Origin: an uncultured Porphyromonadaceae bacterium
Lineage (GTDB): Bacteria; Bacteroidota; Bacteroidia; Bacteroidales; Muribaculaceae
Direction: 5' to 3'
NCBI GenBank assembly: GCA_900547825.1
Contig: URII01000004.1
Location: 5,416 to 69,415, forward strand
DNA length: 64,000 bases
Shown here: positions 26,661 to 37,100 of the stretch, piece by piece
Layout: each line of letters starts with the position of its first letter
How positions within the stretch are numbered: position 1 is the stretch's first letter
The notes under the pieces: model-generated
The model's database searches: none
What the model was told of the DNA's origin: nothing
What the model saw: the letters and a program-made list of their open reading frames with translations, nothing else
Program-made: the position numbers and the translations under genes

Positions 26661-27483
26661 GATATTTTACAAGTCCGGGCACCGAGCTGCGCTCTATTTT
26701 AGATATCTCTATGCCGATGGTGGAAGCGGCGCGGCGCAATATATCGCTGTACACACATGCCACTGACCCGACAAAACATATGGGAATATCCCGATAGTCA
26801 TAACGGGCCACATTGCGCATGAAGAAACTCATAAAACTGCTGTAGACGAGCTGATAAACATATGCATCATCCAACATTTCCTGAAGGAAAAACGAATAGC
26901 GCGACAACGCCCTGTTAGGCAGCGGATCTATATACACTGCATCCATTATACGGTCAGGACCGGTTGCGAAATGCTCATAGAAGCGGTGGATCACATGCTC
27001 CGGAGCAAGCCCCTTTATACAGTCGGACACAAGCTGCTTCCCGAGGTATGCGCCGCTCCCTTCATCGCCGAGAATAAACCCGAGCGACTTCACATTTTCG
27101 GTTATGTCGTGGCCGTCGTAAAGACAGGAGTTGGAGCCGGTGCCGAGAATGCAGGCCATTCCCCGCTCCCTGACGAGAAGTCCGCGTGCGGCCCCGAGAA
27201 GGTCACTTTTCACCGTGACCGGGGACCGGAACTGCGCCACAAGCGACGACTCCATGATCTTGTTGCGGCTCTCGTTGGCACATCCGGCGCCATAGAAATA
27301 AACATGCTCCCAACGGCGCCTGAAGAACTGCTCAGGCAGCTGGAGCCTGATGGTGTGGGATATCTCGCGGCGCGACTGGAAATAGGGATTCAGGCCTTCC
27401 GTGAATGCGTGCTCCACAATTGTATGGCCGTCAACGAGAACCCACTCGGTGCGGGTGGACGAACTGTCGGCTATGATTTTCAT
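26641..27483 (-). CDS. BadF/BadG/BcrA/BcrD-type ATPase, N-acetylglucosamine-kinase-like sugar kinase
   Basis: 280 aa. MKIIADSSSTRTEW..., ILGTGSNS, GFILGDEGSGAYLG are ASKHA-fold kinase motifs. First gene of the five-gene operon. Confidence 0.8.
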   Translation of the reverse strand: MKIIADSSSTRTEWVLVDGHTIVEHAFTEGLNPYFQSRREISHTIRLQLPEQFFRRRWEHVYFYGAGCANESRNKIMESSLVAQFRSPVTVKSDLLGAARGLLVRERGMACILGTGSNSCLYDGHDITENVKSLGFILGDEGSGAYLGKQLVSDCIKGLAPEHVIHRFYEHFATGPDRIMDAVYIDPLPNRALSRYSFFLQEMLDDAYVYQLVYSSFMSFFMRNVARYDYRDIPICFVGSVACVYSDILRRAASTIGIEISKIERSSVPGLVKYHADGDE

Positions 27484-27517
27484 GCTCGGTAGTGATGATG
27501 AGGTTTACTTATACGGA

Positions 27518-27525
27518 CAAATTTA
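27518..27525 (-). promoter_or_regulatory. -7 promoter box (TAAATTTG on the minus strand) for the five-gene cell-wall operon
   Basis: Plus-strand CAAATTTA, 35 nt upstream of the start at 27483. Confidence 0.45.
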
Positions 27526-27601
27526 GCGTTTTTTTCGTCCTCGTCAAAGAATTTATGCTTACATTTACAATCTGTTTCAAGTCAGAAAAGTATAACCACA
27601 T

Positions 27602-28231
27602 ATGGAAACCATCGACATAATAACCCGTTATTTCCCCGATCTTACCATTCGGCAAAAGGAACAGCTCGAGGCTTTGCCCCCGCTATATGCCGAATGGAAC
27701 GCCAAGATCAATGTAGTTTCGCGGCGCGACATCGACAATCTCTATTCGCGCCACATACTGCATTCACTGGCCATAGCGAAATTCATGACTCCCACACCGG
27801 AAACCTCTATTCTCGACCTCGGCACCGGAGGCGGTTTTCCCGGCATTCCGCTCGCCATAATGTGGCCTCAGTGCCGCTTCCATCTCATTGACCGGATCGG
27901 CAAGAAAATACGTGTGGCCGAGGCTGTGGCAGCAGCCACGGACATAGAGAATGTCACACTGCAACATGGCGACTCGGGCGAATGCCACAGCAAGTTCGAC
28001 TATGTGGTGAGCCGGGCCGTGATGAGTCTTGACGCACTTGTGAGTGCCGTGCGGAAAAATATAGCGTCCGTTACAGCCAACACACTCCCGCCGGGTGTTA
28101 TATGTCTGAAAGGAGGAGATCTCGCAGCCGAAATAGCCGCCACACATCGTCCGGTTATAGAGGTGCCGCTTACCGACTGGTTCGGCGAATCCTTCTTCGA
28201 GACAAAAAAACTTCTCTATGTCAAACTCTAA
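27602..28231 (+). CDS. rsmG: 16S rRNA (guanine527-N7)-methyltransferase RsmG
   Basis: 209 aa. ...WNAKINVVSRRDIDNLYSRHILHSL... and the SAM motif ILDLGTGGGFPGIPLAI. Confidence 0.9.
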   Translation: METIDIITRYFPDLTIRQKEQLEALPPLYAEWNAKINVVSRRDIDNLYSRHILHSLAIAKFMTPTPETSILDLGTGGGFPGIPLAIMWPQCRFHLIDRIGKKIRVAEAVAAATDIENVTLQHGDSGECHSKFDYVVSRAVMSLDALVSAVRKNIASVTANTLPPGVICLKGGDLAAEIAATHRPVIEVPLTDWFGESFFETKKLLYVKL

Positions 28232-28253
28232 CATCCACCCTAACCCATAAGGC

Positions 28254-28898
28254 ATGTTGAAAATAAAATCATTTGAATTCAATCCGTTCGGCGAAAAGAC
28301 TTATCTCGTATGGGATCCCGACACCCTACAGGCCATGGTGATCGATCCGGGAATGAGCAATGCGGCAGAGAGAGACGAATTCGACCGGTTTGTGGCGCGT
28401 GAGCACCTTAATATCAAATATATGGTCAACACCCACCTCCACCTTGACCACACCTGGGGCAACGACCATGTTACCGACACATACGGAACCGCTACGTCAG
28501 CCTCTCCGGCCGATGCGATGCTCGGGCGCCGGCGTGCCGAACAGGCGCAGATGTTCGGTATGCGTGAGCATATGAAACCCCTTGACATAACCCACCATCT
28601 GCACGACGGCGACCGCATGGCGCTTGGAGGATACACATTTGAGGTGATCAGCGTTCCCGGTCATTCACCCGGAGGTCTGGCGCTGTATTGCCCCCAAGGG
28701 GGAGTGCTGTTCTCAGGTGATTCGCTATTTGCCGGATCAGTAGGGCGCACCGACCTGCCGGGAGGCGACATGAACACCCTGCTTGACGCCATCACCGCGA
28801 AACTGCTCACGCTGCCCGAAACCACAACAGTATTTCCGGGTCACGGCCCATCCACCACCATAGGGCGCGAACGGTCATCAAACCCGTTTTTACGCTGA
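28254..28898 (+). CDS. MBL-fold metallo-hydrolase (glyoxalase II-like)
   Basis: 214 aa. NTHLHLDH (HxHxDH), VPGHSPG, GDSLFAGSVGRTD. Confidence 0.85.
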   Translation: MLKIKSFEFNPFGEKTYLVWDPDTLQAMVIDPGMSNAAERDEFDRFVAREHLNIKYMVNTHLHLDHTWGNDHVTDTYGTATSASPADAMLGRRRAEQAQMFGMREHMKPLDITHHLHDGDRMALGGYTFEVISVPGHSPGGLALYCPQGGVLFSGDSLFAGSVGRTDLPGGDMNTLLDAITAKLLTLPETTTVFPGHGPSTTIGRERSSNPFLR

Positions 28899-28925
28899 CA
28901 TCTGTTTATCCGACAATATACAGTT

Positions 28926-28962
28926 CACCCCGCATCAGATCCCGAAAATCCGGTGCGGGGTG
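28926..28962. terminator. Bidirectional hairpin between convergent genes
   Basis: 9-bp stem CACCCCGCA / TGCGGGGTG. Confidence 0.55.
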
Positions 28963-28988
28963 TAATTCTATTTATCGATCAGGGGATA

Positions 28989-29753
28989 TCAGCGTGTAAA
29001 TTCCATACGGTCAAGACAGAAATATGCCGGGCTGTTCATGCCCCACTGTCCAGAGTCGGTGGAAGTCATCTGGAAATAAATATAATTTACTTCGCCAAGC
29101 GGCTTCAGATCGATCTTGCGCCACGAATCGAGAATAACACCGTCGGCGGCAAGGTCAACATTCACGGTGCCGGTGATGCGGCTGTCCTTTACGCCATGGA
29201 TGATGAGCACACAGCGGTCAGTGGCAGTGAACGGACGGCTGAAAGCAGTGCCGTTCTTCATAGCCCAATAAGCATAGTTGCTGTTGGTGACATAGATGCT
29301 CTTGGGTGAGAATTTAGAGCCTTCCACAGCTTTGATGGCACATGTGGGGTTTTCAGGGATGGCTTCAGTACTCTCCATTACATCCCAGCAGCCGAGCACA
29401 AAAGGAGTGCCTTTGCCTGACAGTCCGCCTCCGGTCACAGAGCCCCACTGATAAGTAATCCAATCGCCGCCATCGGTGTGGTCGGCATTGTCGGAGCTGC
29501 GTGACGGGCAGAATCCTTTCCAGGAATAATACTTCACACCGTCCCATTCCGTCATGGTCCAGCTGTGAGAGAAACCAAGACCACTGACGGTGAAATCGCC
29601 CGACGAGTAACAGTCGGCCCAGGCGCCGTCCGTATCGTAATTCACTGCTTCGGACGAAAGATTGGTTGTTACGGTTGAGTCGTCATCGTCGCTGCACGAC
29701 GAGAAAGTCAGGGCGGCCAAAGCCACCGCTGCAATAAGTTTGAAACGTTTCAT
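28989..29753 (-). CDS. Surface lipoprotein, possibly DUF4465 family
   Basis: The lipobox MKRFKLIAAVALAALTFSSCSDDDD supports the lipoprotein call. The W/Y/G-rich beta-type sequence (YYSWKGFCPSRSSDN..., YQWGSVTGGG) resembles DUF4465 from memory only. Confidence 0.5.
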   Translation of the reverse strand: MKRFKLIAAVALAALTFSSCSDDDDSTVTTNLSSEAVNYDTDGAWADCYSSGDFTVSGLGFSHSWTMTEWDGVKYYSWKGFCPSRSSDNADHTDGGDWITYQWGSVTGGGLSGKGTPFVLGCWDVMESTEAIPENPTCAIKAVEGSKFSPKSIYVTNSNYAYWAMKNGTAFSRPFTATDRCVLIIHGVKDSRITGTVNVDLAADGVILDSWRKIDLKPLGEVNYIYFQMTSTDSGQWGMNSPAYFCLDRMEFTR

Positions 29754-29781
29754 TGTGGATTATAGATAATTTATGATAGGG

Positions 29782-30357
29782 TCAATCTATAGCCATGACC
29801 TGACCTGCCGCGGGAGCGACAGGCTGCACGGTCTTCGACGAATCAGGCCGCGCCTTGGCTGTATCGGCAGGAGCGTCAGGTTTGGTCAGATCGCCACCGT
29901 TGATAGCGTCATATTCGGCAAGGCGTGCGCGGAAATGCCTTACGAGGCTGTCGACATTAAACACCGGATTGATCTGTCGTGCGCTCTCCAACGCCTCACG
30001 CATCCCTTTGCTGTCGCGTCCGAGCGAGAGGTCATACACATCGACAAACTTCCGGAGCGTGATCAGATCCTTCTGAGTGTCCCCTTTCTCCACGGCATTG
30101 TTGTGTATTTCCAGATAAGCCAGGAGCACAGCCACAGTCTCACCGTTGGTAAGCTCATCCACATCTATGGCCATAGAATCGGCAATGGAACCTGCATTCC
30201 CCAGATCCTTGCTGCGGATGGCTTCATATAATTGAGAATCCTCCAGGTCATCACTGATGGCCGAACTGTCGTTTCCCCCGCCGGAGCATGACACAGTTCC
30301 CGGCAGCAACATGGCTGCCAGGGTATATCCGGTCAATTTAGCTGTTAACTTGTTCAT
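29782..30357 (-). CDS. Hypothetical helical lipoprotein
   Basis: Lipobox LLPGTVSCSGGG. Sits between the ECF sigma gene and the previous lipoprotein gene on the same strand. Confidence 0.6.
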   Translation of the reverse strand: MNKLTAKLTGYTLAAMLLPGTVSCSGGGNDSSAISDDLEDSQLYEAIRSKDLGNAGSIADSMAIDVDELTNGETVAVLLAYLEIHNNAVEKGDTQKDLITLRKFVDVYDLSLGRDSKGMREALESARQINPVFNVDSLVRHFRARLAEYDAINGGDLTKPDAPADTAKARPDSSKTVQPVAPAAGQVMAID

Positions 30358-30429
30358 GTAGATATATTGCGAATTATACGGGGCAAAGATACGAATTTTT
30401 TATATCCCTCCATAGCCCGCGACAACATA

Positions 30430-31020
30430 TCACACCGTAAGCTCTATATTGTTCTCGCTGGCTATACGCCGCATGTTGATCAGAGCGTAACGCATACGCC
30501 CCAATGCGGTGTTGATGCCTGTGCCCATAGCTTCGGCTATCTCCTTGAACGACATGTCACGGTAAAAACGCATTTTCAGCACATCACGCTGGGCTTCGGG
30601 AAGCGCCTCGATAATGCGGCGCACATCGTCGTGAAGTTGCAGTTCCGACATATTATCCTCCACACAAGGCTCGCAAAGTTCGGCCCTGTTCAGTATATTT
30701 CCGTCCGATTCATCGGCCGAAACAGTGCGCTCGCCTTTTTCCTGACGGAAATGGTCTATGATAAGATTGTGGGCTATGCGTGTGAGCCATGCCGAGAATT
30801 TACCGGATTCGACATAGCGGCCCTGACGTATGGTGGTTATGACCTTGACGAACGTTTCCTGAAAAATGTCGTTGGCAAGGTCGCGGTCATTTACAATGCG
30901 GTTGATATATGTGAACACACGATTCTGATGACGCTTCAGGAGCTCATCGAATGCTTTATTGTCGCCGTTTGCGTAGGCTTCCACCAACCTTGTGTCGGTC
31001 AGTTCAGATGTCTTTTGCAT
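30430..31020 (-). CDS. ECF-type RNA polymerase sigma-70 family factor
   Basis: 196 aa. Region 2 (DLANDIFQETFVKVI...FSAWLTRIAHNLIIDHFR) and region 4 (LPEAQRDVLKMRFYRDMSFKEIAEAMGTGINTALGRMRYAL). Confidence 0.9.
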   Translation of the reverse strand: MQKTSELTDTRLVEAYANGDNKAFDELLKRHQNRVFTYINRIVNDRDLANDIFQETFVKVITTIRQGRYVESGKFSAWLTRIAHNLIIDHFRQEKGERTVSADESDGNILNRAELCEPCVEDNMSELQLHDDVRRIIEALPEAQRDVLKMRFYRDMSFKEIAEAMGTGINTALGRMRYALINMRRIASENNIELTV

Positions 31021-31158
31021 TTACTCTTTTTGTTTTGATTAGAGTAGAGTTGAGCGATAGGCAGTTACGTGTTAAATTGGTGTTATTGTCCGGCAGTGTG
31101 ACAAAGGTTGTGATAATAATTCCGCTTCCTGATCCGTTATACTTTTCTGAAAGCTGTG

Positions 31159-31166
31159 CAAAGATA
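31159..31166 (-). promoter_or_regulatory. -7 promoter box (TATCTTTG on the minus strand)
   Basis: Plus-strand CAAAGATA, about 140 nt upstream of the sigma factor start. Confidence 0.35.
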
Positions 31167-31286
31167 ATGAATTTGCTCAGTAAAAACATATCCCTATCCT
31201 CTTTTTTAAGAATATTAAGGTCATTTAGCATACTAAACCCCATATACGGCACGTTTAAAGGTTACATAACATCACATTAACCCCTA

Positions 31287-31490
31287 ATGCCTATGGAAGA
31301 AAGCTCTACTCAGTCAATTCTCTCCACTATTATCCCAAACGAACCGATGACGTATGAACCCGTCAAGGCCGGCGAGTCCGGCACTGATGCCCCGCGTCAG
31401 TCAACCATTGAATTCATTCGCAGCTTTGCCCGCTGCTATGTGGCCGTTCCCTCGCTTCCGGCAGGCCTGAACGGCATGATACTGAACTGA
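31287..31490 (+). CDS. Possible small protein (67 aa), unknown function
   Basis: ORF with backbone-like composition, followed 20 nt later by a perfect 17-bp hairpin plus T-run. No recognisable motif or promoter box. Confidence 0.3.
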   Translation: MPMEESSTQSILSTIIPNEPMTYEPVKAGESGTDAPRQSTIEFIRSFARCYVAVPSLPAGLNGMILN

Positions 31491-31509
31491 TCCCCATTAC
31501 AACCCATCA

Positions 31510-31559
31510 ACGCACGGTGTGCAGCCACAACATAATCCGGCTGCACACCGTGCGTTTTT
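31510..31559 (+). terminator. Strong rho-independent terminator
   Basis: 17-bp perfect stem ACGCACGGTGTGCAGCC / GGCTGCACACCGTGCGT followed by TTTT. Confidence 0.8.
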
Positions 31560-31630
31560 AATATCCCGATAATAATACGATAAAAGGCGCATCCCGGAGG
31601 ATACGCCTTTTATTATTAGATGCTGTAGGA

Positions 31631-32524
31631 TCAGCGGGTCATTGTTATAGACTGCAGGTTTCCGAGAATGTAGAGACCGGCATCCGTGCGCCACAACAGA
31701 AGGATTTCCTTACCTTCCTCAAATGTAAGCACATGGGTATCGTCATCCCATTCAACCTTGATTGAGCCGCTTGCATTGAAGCTTGTGAGGACACCATTTT
31801 CCCAAACAGGTTCAACTGCCTGTACTACACCGCTTCTTTCGCCACTCTCATAAGTGCCGATTTCAGAACCGTAGTTGATGGTGAGATAACCCGAGTTGGT
31901 CATGTCATTGAATGTGTAGTAGAATGGCATAACCAGGCCTTCGATTCCCATCCAGCCTTCGGCATTGAGAAGCACCTCGTAGCCAGGCTCATCCTCTGAG
32001 AAACCGGTCATATTGACGGTAAACGAGCTGGGAGTTCCATCTTCAATATAATTGACTTTCCATTCGCCCTGGAGGCGGTTGTACATTACATTGTCGTTGT
32101 CAATGATTGTTACAAGAGTCGAGGCATTTTCGCCTACCGATCCGCCCTGCACCTTTGTTATGGTAACGAGGAATGTGCGGTCGCCTGTATACTCAAGGTC
32201 ATCGATTATACGGATTTCGGCATCCACATCCTTAACGCCTTTGGGGATGTTGATCTCATCATCCGTAAGGATCATGTGGAAATTGTTGATAGCGGGATTC
32301 TCGCCTGTTTCCTGAACTTCGATAGTGATCTTTACGGGGCCGTTAGCCTCACCTTCGAGTTTGATAGGAACTCTGAGCATGCCCTGCTGCTCCTTGGCGT
32401 CAACCTGAAGGTCGGCCATAGAGACGGTCACACCTTCCCTATTGTTCCACTTTTGGTCATCGTCCGAGCAAGCGGTCAGGGTTGCTGCGGCGAGAGCTAA
32501 AGCAAATATTTTGGTCAGTTTCAT
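31631..32524 (-). CDS. Calx-beta domain surface lipoprotein (PUL accessory protein)
   Basis: Lipobox AAATLTACSDD. GMLRVPIKLEGEANGPVKITIEV...DDLEYTGDRTFLVTITKVQGGSVGENASTLVTIIDND is a Calx-beta-type module. Lies directly downstream of susD. Confidence 0.7.
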   Translation of the reverse strand: MKLTKIFALALAAATLTACSDDDQKWNNREGVTVSMADLQVDAKEQQGMLRVPIKLEGEANGPVKITIEVQETGENPAINNFHMILTDDEINIPKGVKDVDAEIRIIDDLEYTGDRTFLVTITKVQGGSVGENASTLVTIIDNDNVMYNRLQGEWKVNYIEDGTPSSFTVNMTGFSEDEPGYEVLLNAEGWMGIEGLVMPFYYTFNDMTNSGYLTINYGSEIGTYESGERSGVVQAVEPVWENGVLTSFNASGSIKVEWDDDTHVLTFEEGKEILLLWRTDAGLYILGNLQSITMTR

Positions 32525-32570
32525 AATTTGATTCTTGATTTTCAGAATTTAAATAATATTTCCGTCCGGA

Positions 32571-34139
32571 TTAATAACCGGGGTTCTGCTGACCCTTGAG
32601 CTGCGGGTTGACTTCCATTTCCGATGAAGGAATGGGCCATACGTAGCGGTGGTCATTCTCGGTGTAAACCACATTGCGGCCTGCACGTACGAAACAGGGA
32701 ATGATGTTGTCCGACGAGAAGGGATAATCGGCTGTAGCCTCAACGCGTGAGAAGCCCTGCTTCCAGCGACGGAGGTCGCTCATACGGTGACCTTCACCGA
32801 TAAGCTCGCGGTGACGTTCAAGGCGTATCTGGGCTGTAAGCTCATTGCCTGAATAGGTCTGATCCTGCCAGCGGGTGATACGACGCTTGCGGAGATCGTT
32901 GAGATACTTGTTGGCATCGCCATCCAGTCCGAGTGCATCCGAAGCTTCGGCCACGATAAGGTAGCTTTCGGCAAGACGGAAATATTTGGAAAGGTTGCGG
33001 CGGTAGTTGGTACCGGTAACGAGGCTTGAGTTGCCGGGATATTTCCAGAATACTTTTGCTTCATAGAAAAGGCCGTTGATCTCAAGATCCCATGTGTTGA
33101 AGTAGCCGGGGTCACGGGTAGTGTTCTTGCCACGGACGTCGTTGTCGTCATAGAGGCTGAGTGTTGCGGCTGTGGGGATGTACCATGCGTTCTTTGTATT
33201 CTCATAAGCGAGATAGGGAGTCGATGTGCGGGGAACGCCTGACGACTGCTGTGCATCACCGTAGGGAACGAAAATCAGTTCCGAGCCCTGGTCGCTGCTC
33301 CACATCTTGATGAATGAAGCGGTGGTGGCAAGGGTGTAACGGCCGCAGTTGATCAGTTCTTTCGACTTGCTGATGGCTGTTTCATAATCGCCGGTGAGCA
33401 GAGCTATACGAGCCTGAAGAGCCTTGACCACGTCAGTATTGATCCAATATGAGTTACGTCCGCGGATTTCGCTGACTTCAGATCCGAGATATTCCTCATA
33501 TTCGGTCAGACCGTCGAAAGCCTCCTTGAGATCGACATTGAGGATCAGGTTCATTGTCTCGGCCATTGTTGAGCGGCCGGGATACTTCGACTGTATGCCT
33601 TCGGGCTTATACTCCGTAACCAACGGAAGACCGAGAGCCGGCTCATTGGCCTTTTCAGGAGTGTATGCCTGGCAGAAATGGTCGAACATGTAGAAATAAT
33701 AGTAGGCACGGGCAAACTTGGTCTCTGCCTTGAAGCGCTTGAATTCCTCGCGGTCAGCATCGGTAAAAGATTCATTGCTGATAGCCGGCTCAAGTTTCTC
33801 AAGCAGATAGTTACAGTTTGCGATAGCTCCATACAGGCCTGCCCATACGGATTCGATATCGGAGTTATTGGAGTAGATCGTACCGTTATTGAACTGGCCG
33901 AGCTGGTTACCGTTGGAGATCAGTCCGATGAAATCGTCCATCTGGATCTCTGTGGCGTAGATATAGGAGCCGCCACCAAGCGCACGCAGATTTGAGTAAA
34001 TGCCGTTGCGGAAACGATAGAAATCGTTGTAAGTCTGGAGGGCGTCACCCTCGGGGAGCGATCCGATGGGCTCCTTGTTCATGTCGCAGGAGGTCAGAAG
34101 TCCGGCGCAGAGGGCTATTGATAGAAATATCTTTTTCAT
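32571..34139 (-). CDS. SusD/RagB family nutrient-binding outer-membrane lipoprotein
   Basis: 522 aa. Lipobox GLLTSCDM. TPR-like helical region with ...RAYYYFYMFDHF... and ...RLERHRELIGEGHRMSDLRRW... Follows susC by 20 nt. Confidence 0.9.
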   Translation of the reverse strand: MKKIFLSIALCAGLLTSCDMNKEPIGSLPEGDALQTYNDFYRFRNGIYSNLRALGGGSYIYATEIQMDDFIGLISNGNQLGQFNNGTIYSNNSDIESVWAGLYGAIANCNYLLEKLEPAISNESFTDADREEFKRFKAETKFARAYYYFYMFDHFCQAYTPEKANEPALGLPLVTEYKPEGIQSKYPGRSTMAETMNLILNVDLKEAFDGLTEYEEYLGSEVSEIRGRNSYWINTDVVKALQARIALLTGDYETAISKSKELINCGRYTLATTASFIKMWSSDQGSELIFVPYGDAQQSSGVPRTSTPYLAYENTKNAWYIPTAATLSLYDDNDVRGKNTTRDPGYFNTWDLEINGLFYEAKVFWKYPGNSSLVTGTNYRRNLSKYFRLAESYLIVAEASDALGLDGDANKYLNDLRKRRITRWQDQTYSGNELTAQIRLERHRELIGEGHRMSDLRRWKQGFSRVEATADYPFSSDNIIPCFVRAGRNVVYTENDHRYVWPIPSSEMEVNPQLKGQQNPGY

Positions 34140-34159
34140 AATGTAATTACTCTATAAAG

Positions 34160-37100
34160 TTAGAAAGTTACTTCTACACCGAACTCATACTGACGGGTAT
34201 TGGGGTATGCGAATATCGTCAAGTTGCCCTCCGGCTCGGGATCATAGCCGGTGAAGTCAGTGATGGTCCAGAGGTTACGTCCGGTAAAGTGGAATGTAAC
34301 GTTCTCTAAGTAGATTTTTTTGAGGATAGATTTGGGAAGGCTGTAGTTTACAGTCAGGTTCTTCATACGCATGAACGAAGCGTCCTCGATCAGGCGGGTG
34401 TCGAACTGGACTTCTTCACCGTAAGCAGGGATATCTGTAACCTGTCCTTCATGTGTCCATACATTGAGCATGGCGGTGGACTGGTTCATCTGGGTACCCA
34501 TGTTGGCGTTGTTTACGAAATAGAGGTCGTTGTTGGTCATATACTTCTTGGCCTGCCATGCGAAGTCAGTGTGGAGGGAGATGTCACGCCAGCGCACGTC
34601 GAAACCGAAACCACCGTTCCAGGGTGCATAGAAGCTCTTGCCTGTGAGGCGGGCGTCGCGCTCTTCGTTGTAAACCTTGGTTACGTTGCCGTTGATATCA
34701 AGCCACATCTGCTTACCATCGCGGGGATCCACGCCGAGATAAGGCACAGCATAAAGTTCGCCGTAGGTATGACCCACCTTGAGCTGCATGCCATAGTCGG
34801 GCAGTGAGAATTCATCCTGACCGTTGAAGAGCTCGGTAATGGTGTTCTTGTTGTAGTTGAAGTTGACGCGCGCACCTACATACCAATCTTTGCTCTTATA
34901 GATGTCAGCTTTTACGTCAACGTCGATACCCACGTTCTTCATCGAACCTACGTTGGATGAGTTGCCGCCGAAACCTGTTGTGTATGACCAGGGCACTGAG
35001 AGGATCATGTCCTTTGTCTCTTTACGGTAAACGTCAACGTCGAAGTTAACGCGGTCGAAAATGCCGAACTGGAGACCGAAGTCGAATGCACGTACAGTTT
35101 CCCATGTAAGGTTCTTGTTAGGAGCCTGGGCGAGGAAAAGGGTTCCCGAGTTGTCGGGTCCGTAAGGAACGCTGCCGCTGCTTACCAATCCGAAGTATGC
35201 ATAGTTGCCGATCGAGGAGTTACCGGTGGTACCGTAGCTGAGGCTTACCTTAAGATCGGAGAGCCATGTATAAGGAGCGAGGAACGATTCGGCTTTGGCA
35301 TTCCACATGGCGCCCACGCTGAAGAAGTTAGCCCAACGGTGACCGGGAGCAAACTTGGAGCTACCGTCGCGGCGGAATGTAGCATCAAGGAAGTATTTTC
35401 CATCATAGTCATACGAACCGGTGAGGAAGTAAGAGTTGAATACCTCTTCTGACACACCTTCACCCACGTTATCCATTGTTATCTCAGTACCCTGACCAAG
35501 AAGCATCTGACGTTTGTCGCTCTGGCCGTCGCTGGATACATAGAAGTTGCGGTCCTTGGTGATGATGGCTTCCTGACCGAGCAGGAACGAGAAGTTGTGC
35601 ATGTTGTTGAGATCGAAACGATACTCGGCAGTGTTAGTGTAGGTGAACGAGTAGTAGCGTTCGAAGCCTTGCGAGTTGAAAGGAGTGAAGTAGAACTGCT
35701 GTCCGCCGGTGGGAACGAAGCATTCATCGCCCATAGGTGTCACGAATGCATCCACGGGATACTGGAGGTTCTTATAGGTGTAATCAAGAGCGTCAACAGC
35801 CTGCTGTGCCTTGATGGTGAGACCCTTGATGGGGTTGATCTGCTCGTAGAGCACCACGTTGGCGGTCACTTTGTCCTTCCAACGCGAACGGGTGGAGTTC
35901 AATGCCTCGGGTGAGTAAGTGCCTGAGTAGTGATAGTATTTGGCTTTGTCACCGAAGACGATCTTGCCGTTCTCATCAAATGTATAGTAACGGGGCGAAT
36001 CGTAAGGGAGCATGTAACGGGCAAGGAACACAGGGTTGTTGATGTTGTTGCGTGCTCCGTCGTTGAATGCGTTGGTCTCATACTTTGTGTAACCGAGGTT
36101 GCCCTGGAAGCCTACGCGGAACCAGTTGTTGACCTTGGCGTTGATGCTGGCACGGAGAGCCTCGCGGCGCATACCTGACTGGTCAATGATACCGTCAGCG
36201 TCATAGTGGTTGAGCGACAGGAAGTAGCTTACTGACTCAGAACCGCCCTGGATGCCGGCCTCAAGTGAATATGTGAGGGCATGGCTGTCAAAGATCTCTT
36301 TACGCCAGTCGGTGGAGATATTATATGTGTCGACAAGATTACGCACTTCATCGTCCACGGGAACACCGATAAGGTCGCGGAACTTGATATACTGCTTGGA
36401 GTTCATCATGTCAATGTTGTCAGGGGTCATCTGCGACCAACCAACGTTGGCACGAACAGTGACACGGGCTTTTTCGCCGTATTTACCCTTCTTGGATGTG
36501 ATCACGATAACACCATTGGCGGCACGAGAACCGTAGATAGCCACAGAAGCTGCATCCTTGAGCACGGTGATGCTCTCAATATCGGAAGGATTGAGAGTTG
36601 TGAAGATAGCGGAAGTGACAGGAGCGCCGTCGAGGATAAACAACGGGGTGTTGCCGGCCTCAATGGAGTTCACACCGCGGATACGGATTGAGTTGGACAC
36701 GCTGGAGGGGTCACCAGAGCTGGAGAGCACCGACAGACCGGCCACCTGACCGGCGAGTGCGTCAACGAACGTGGCGGCGGGAGTGTCCTCGATCGCCTCG
36801 CTGTGAACCACCGAAACGGCGCCCACAACAGAGCCGATTTTCTTTCCGGAGCCGTAACCGGTCACGACAACCTCGTCGAGACGGTTGTCACCGGCGGACA
36901 GTTTGATGGTCATGTTGTCAGACACGGGGAGAGTTTGCGGCTGCATTCCCACATATGACACCTTGATCTGGGTCACCTTAGTGGGGATAGTCACTGAAAA
37001 CTTTCCGTCGATGTCGGTAGCAGTGCCTTGACCGCCACCTACAGGCAGAACTGTTGCGCCTACCAAAGGCTCATCATCTTCTGCACTGACAACCACACCC

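Noticed and set aside
26971-28282. 173-aa plus-strand ORF and 172-aa minus-strand ORF.
   Set aside because: They are antisense to the sugar kinase and rsmG genes respectively, and I saw no motifs.
30367-31038. 223-aa plus-strand ORF.
   Set aside because: It is exactly antisense to the ECF sigma factor gene, which has clear region 2 and region 4 motifs.
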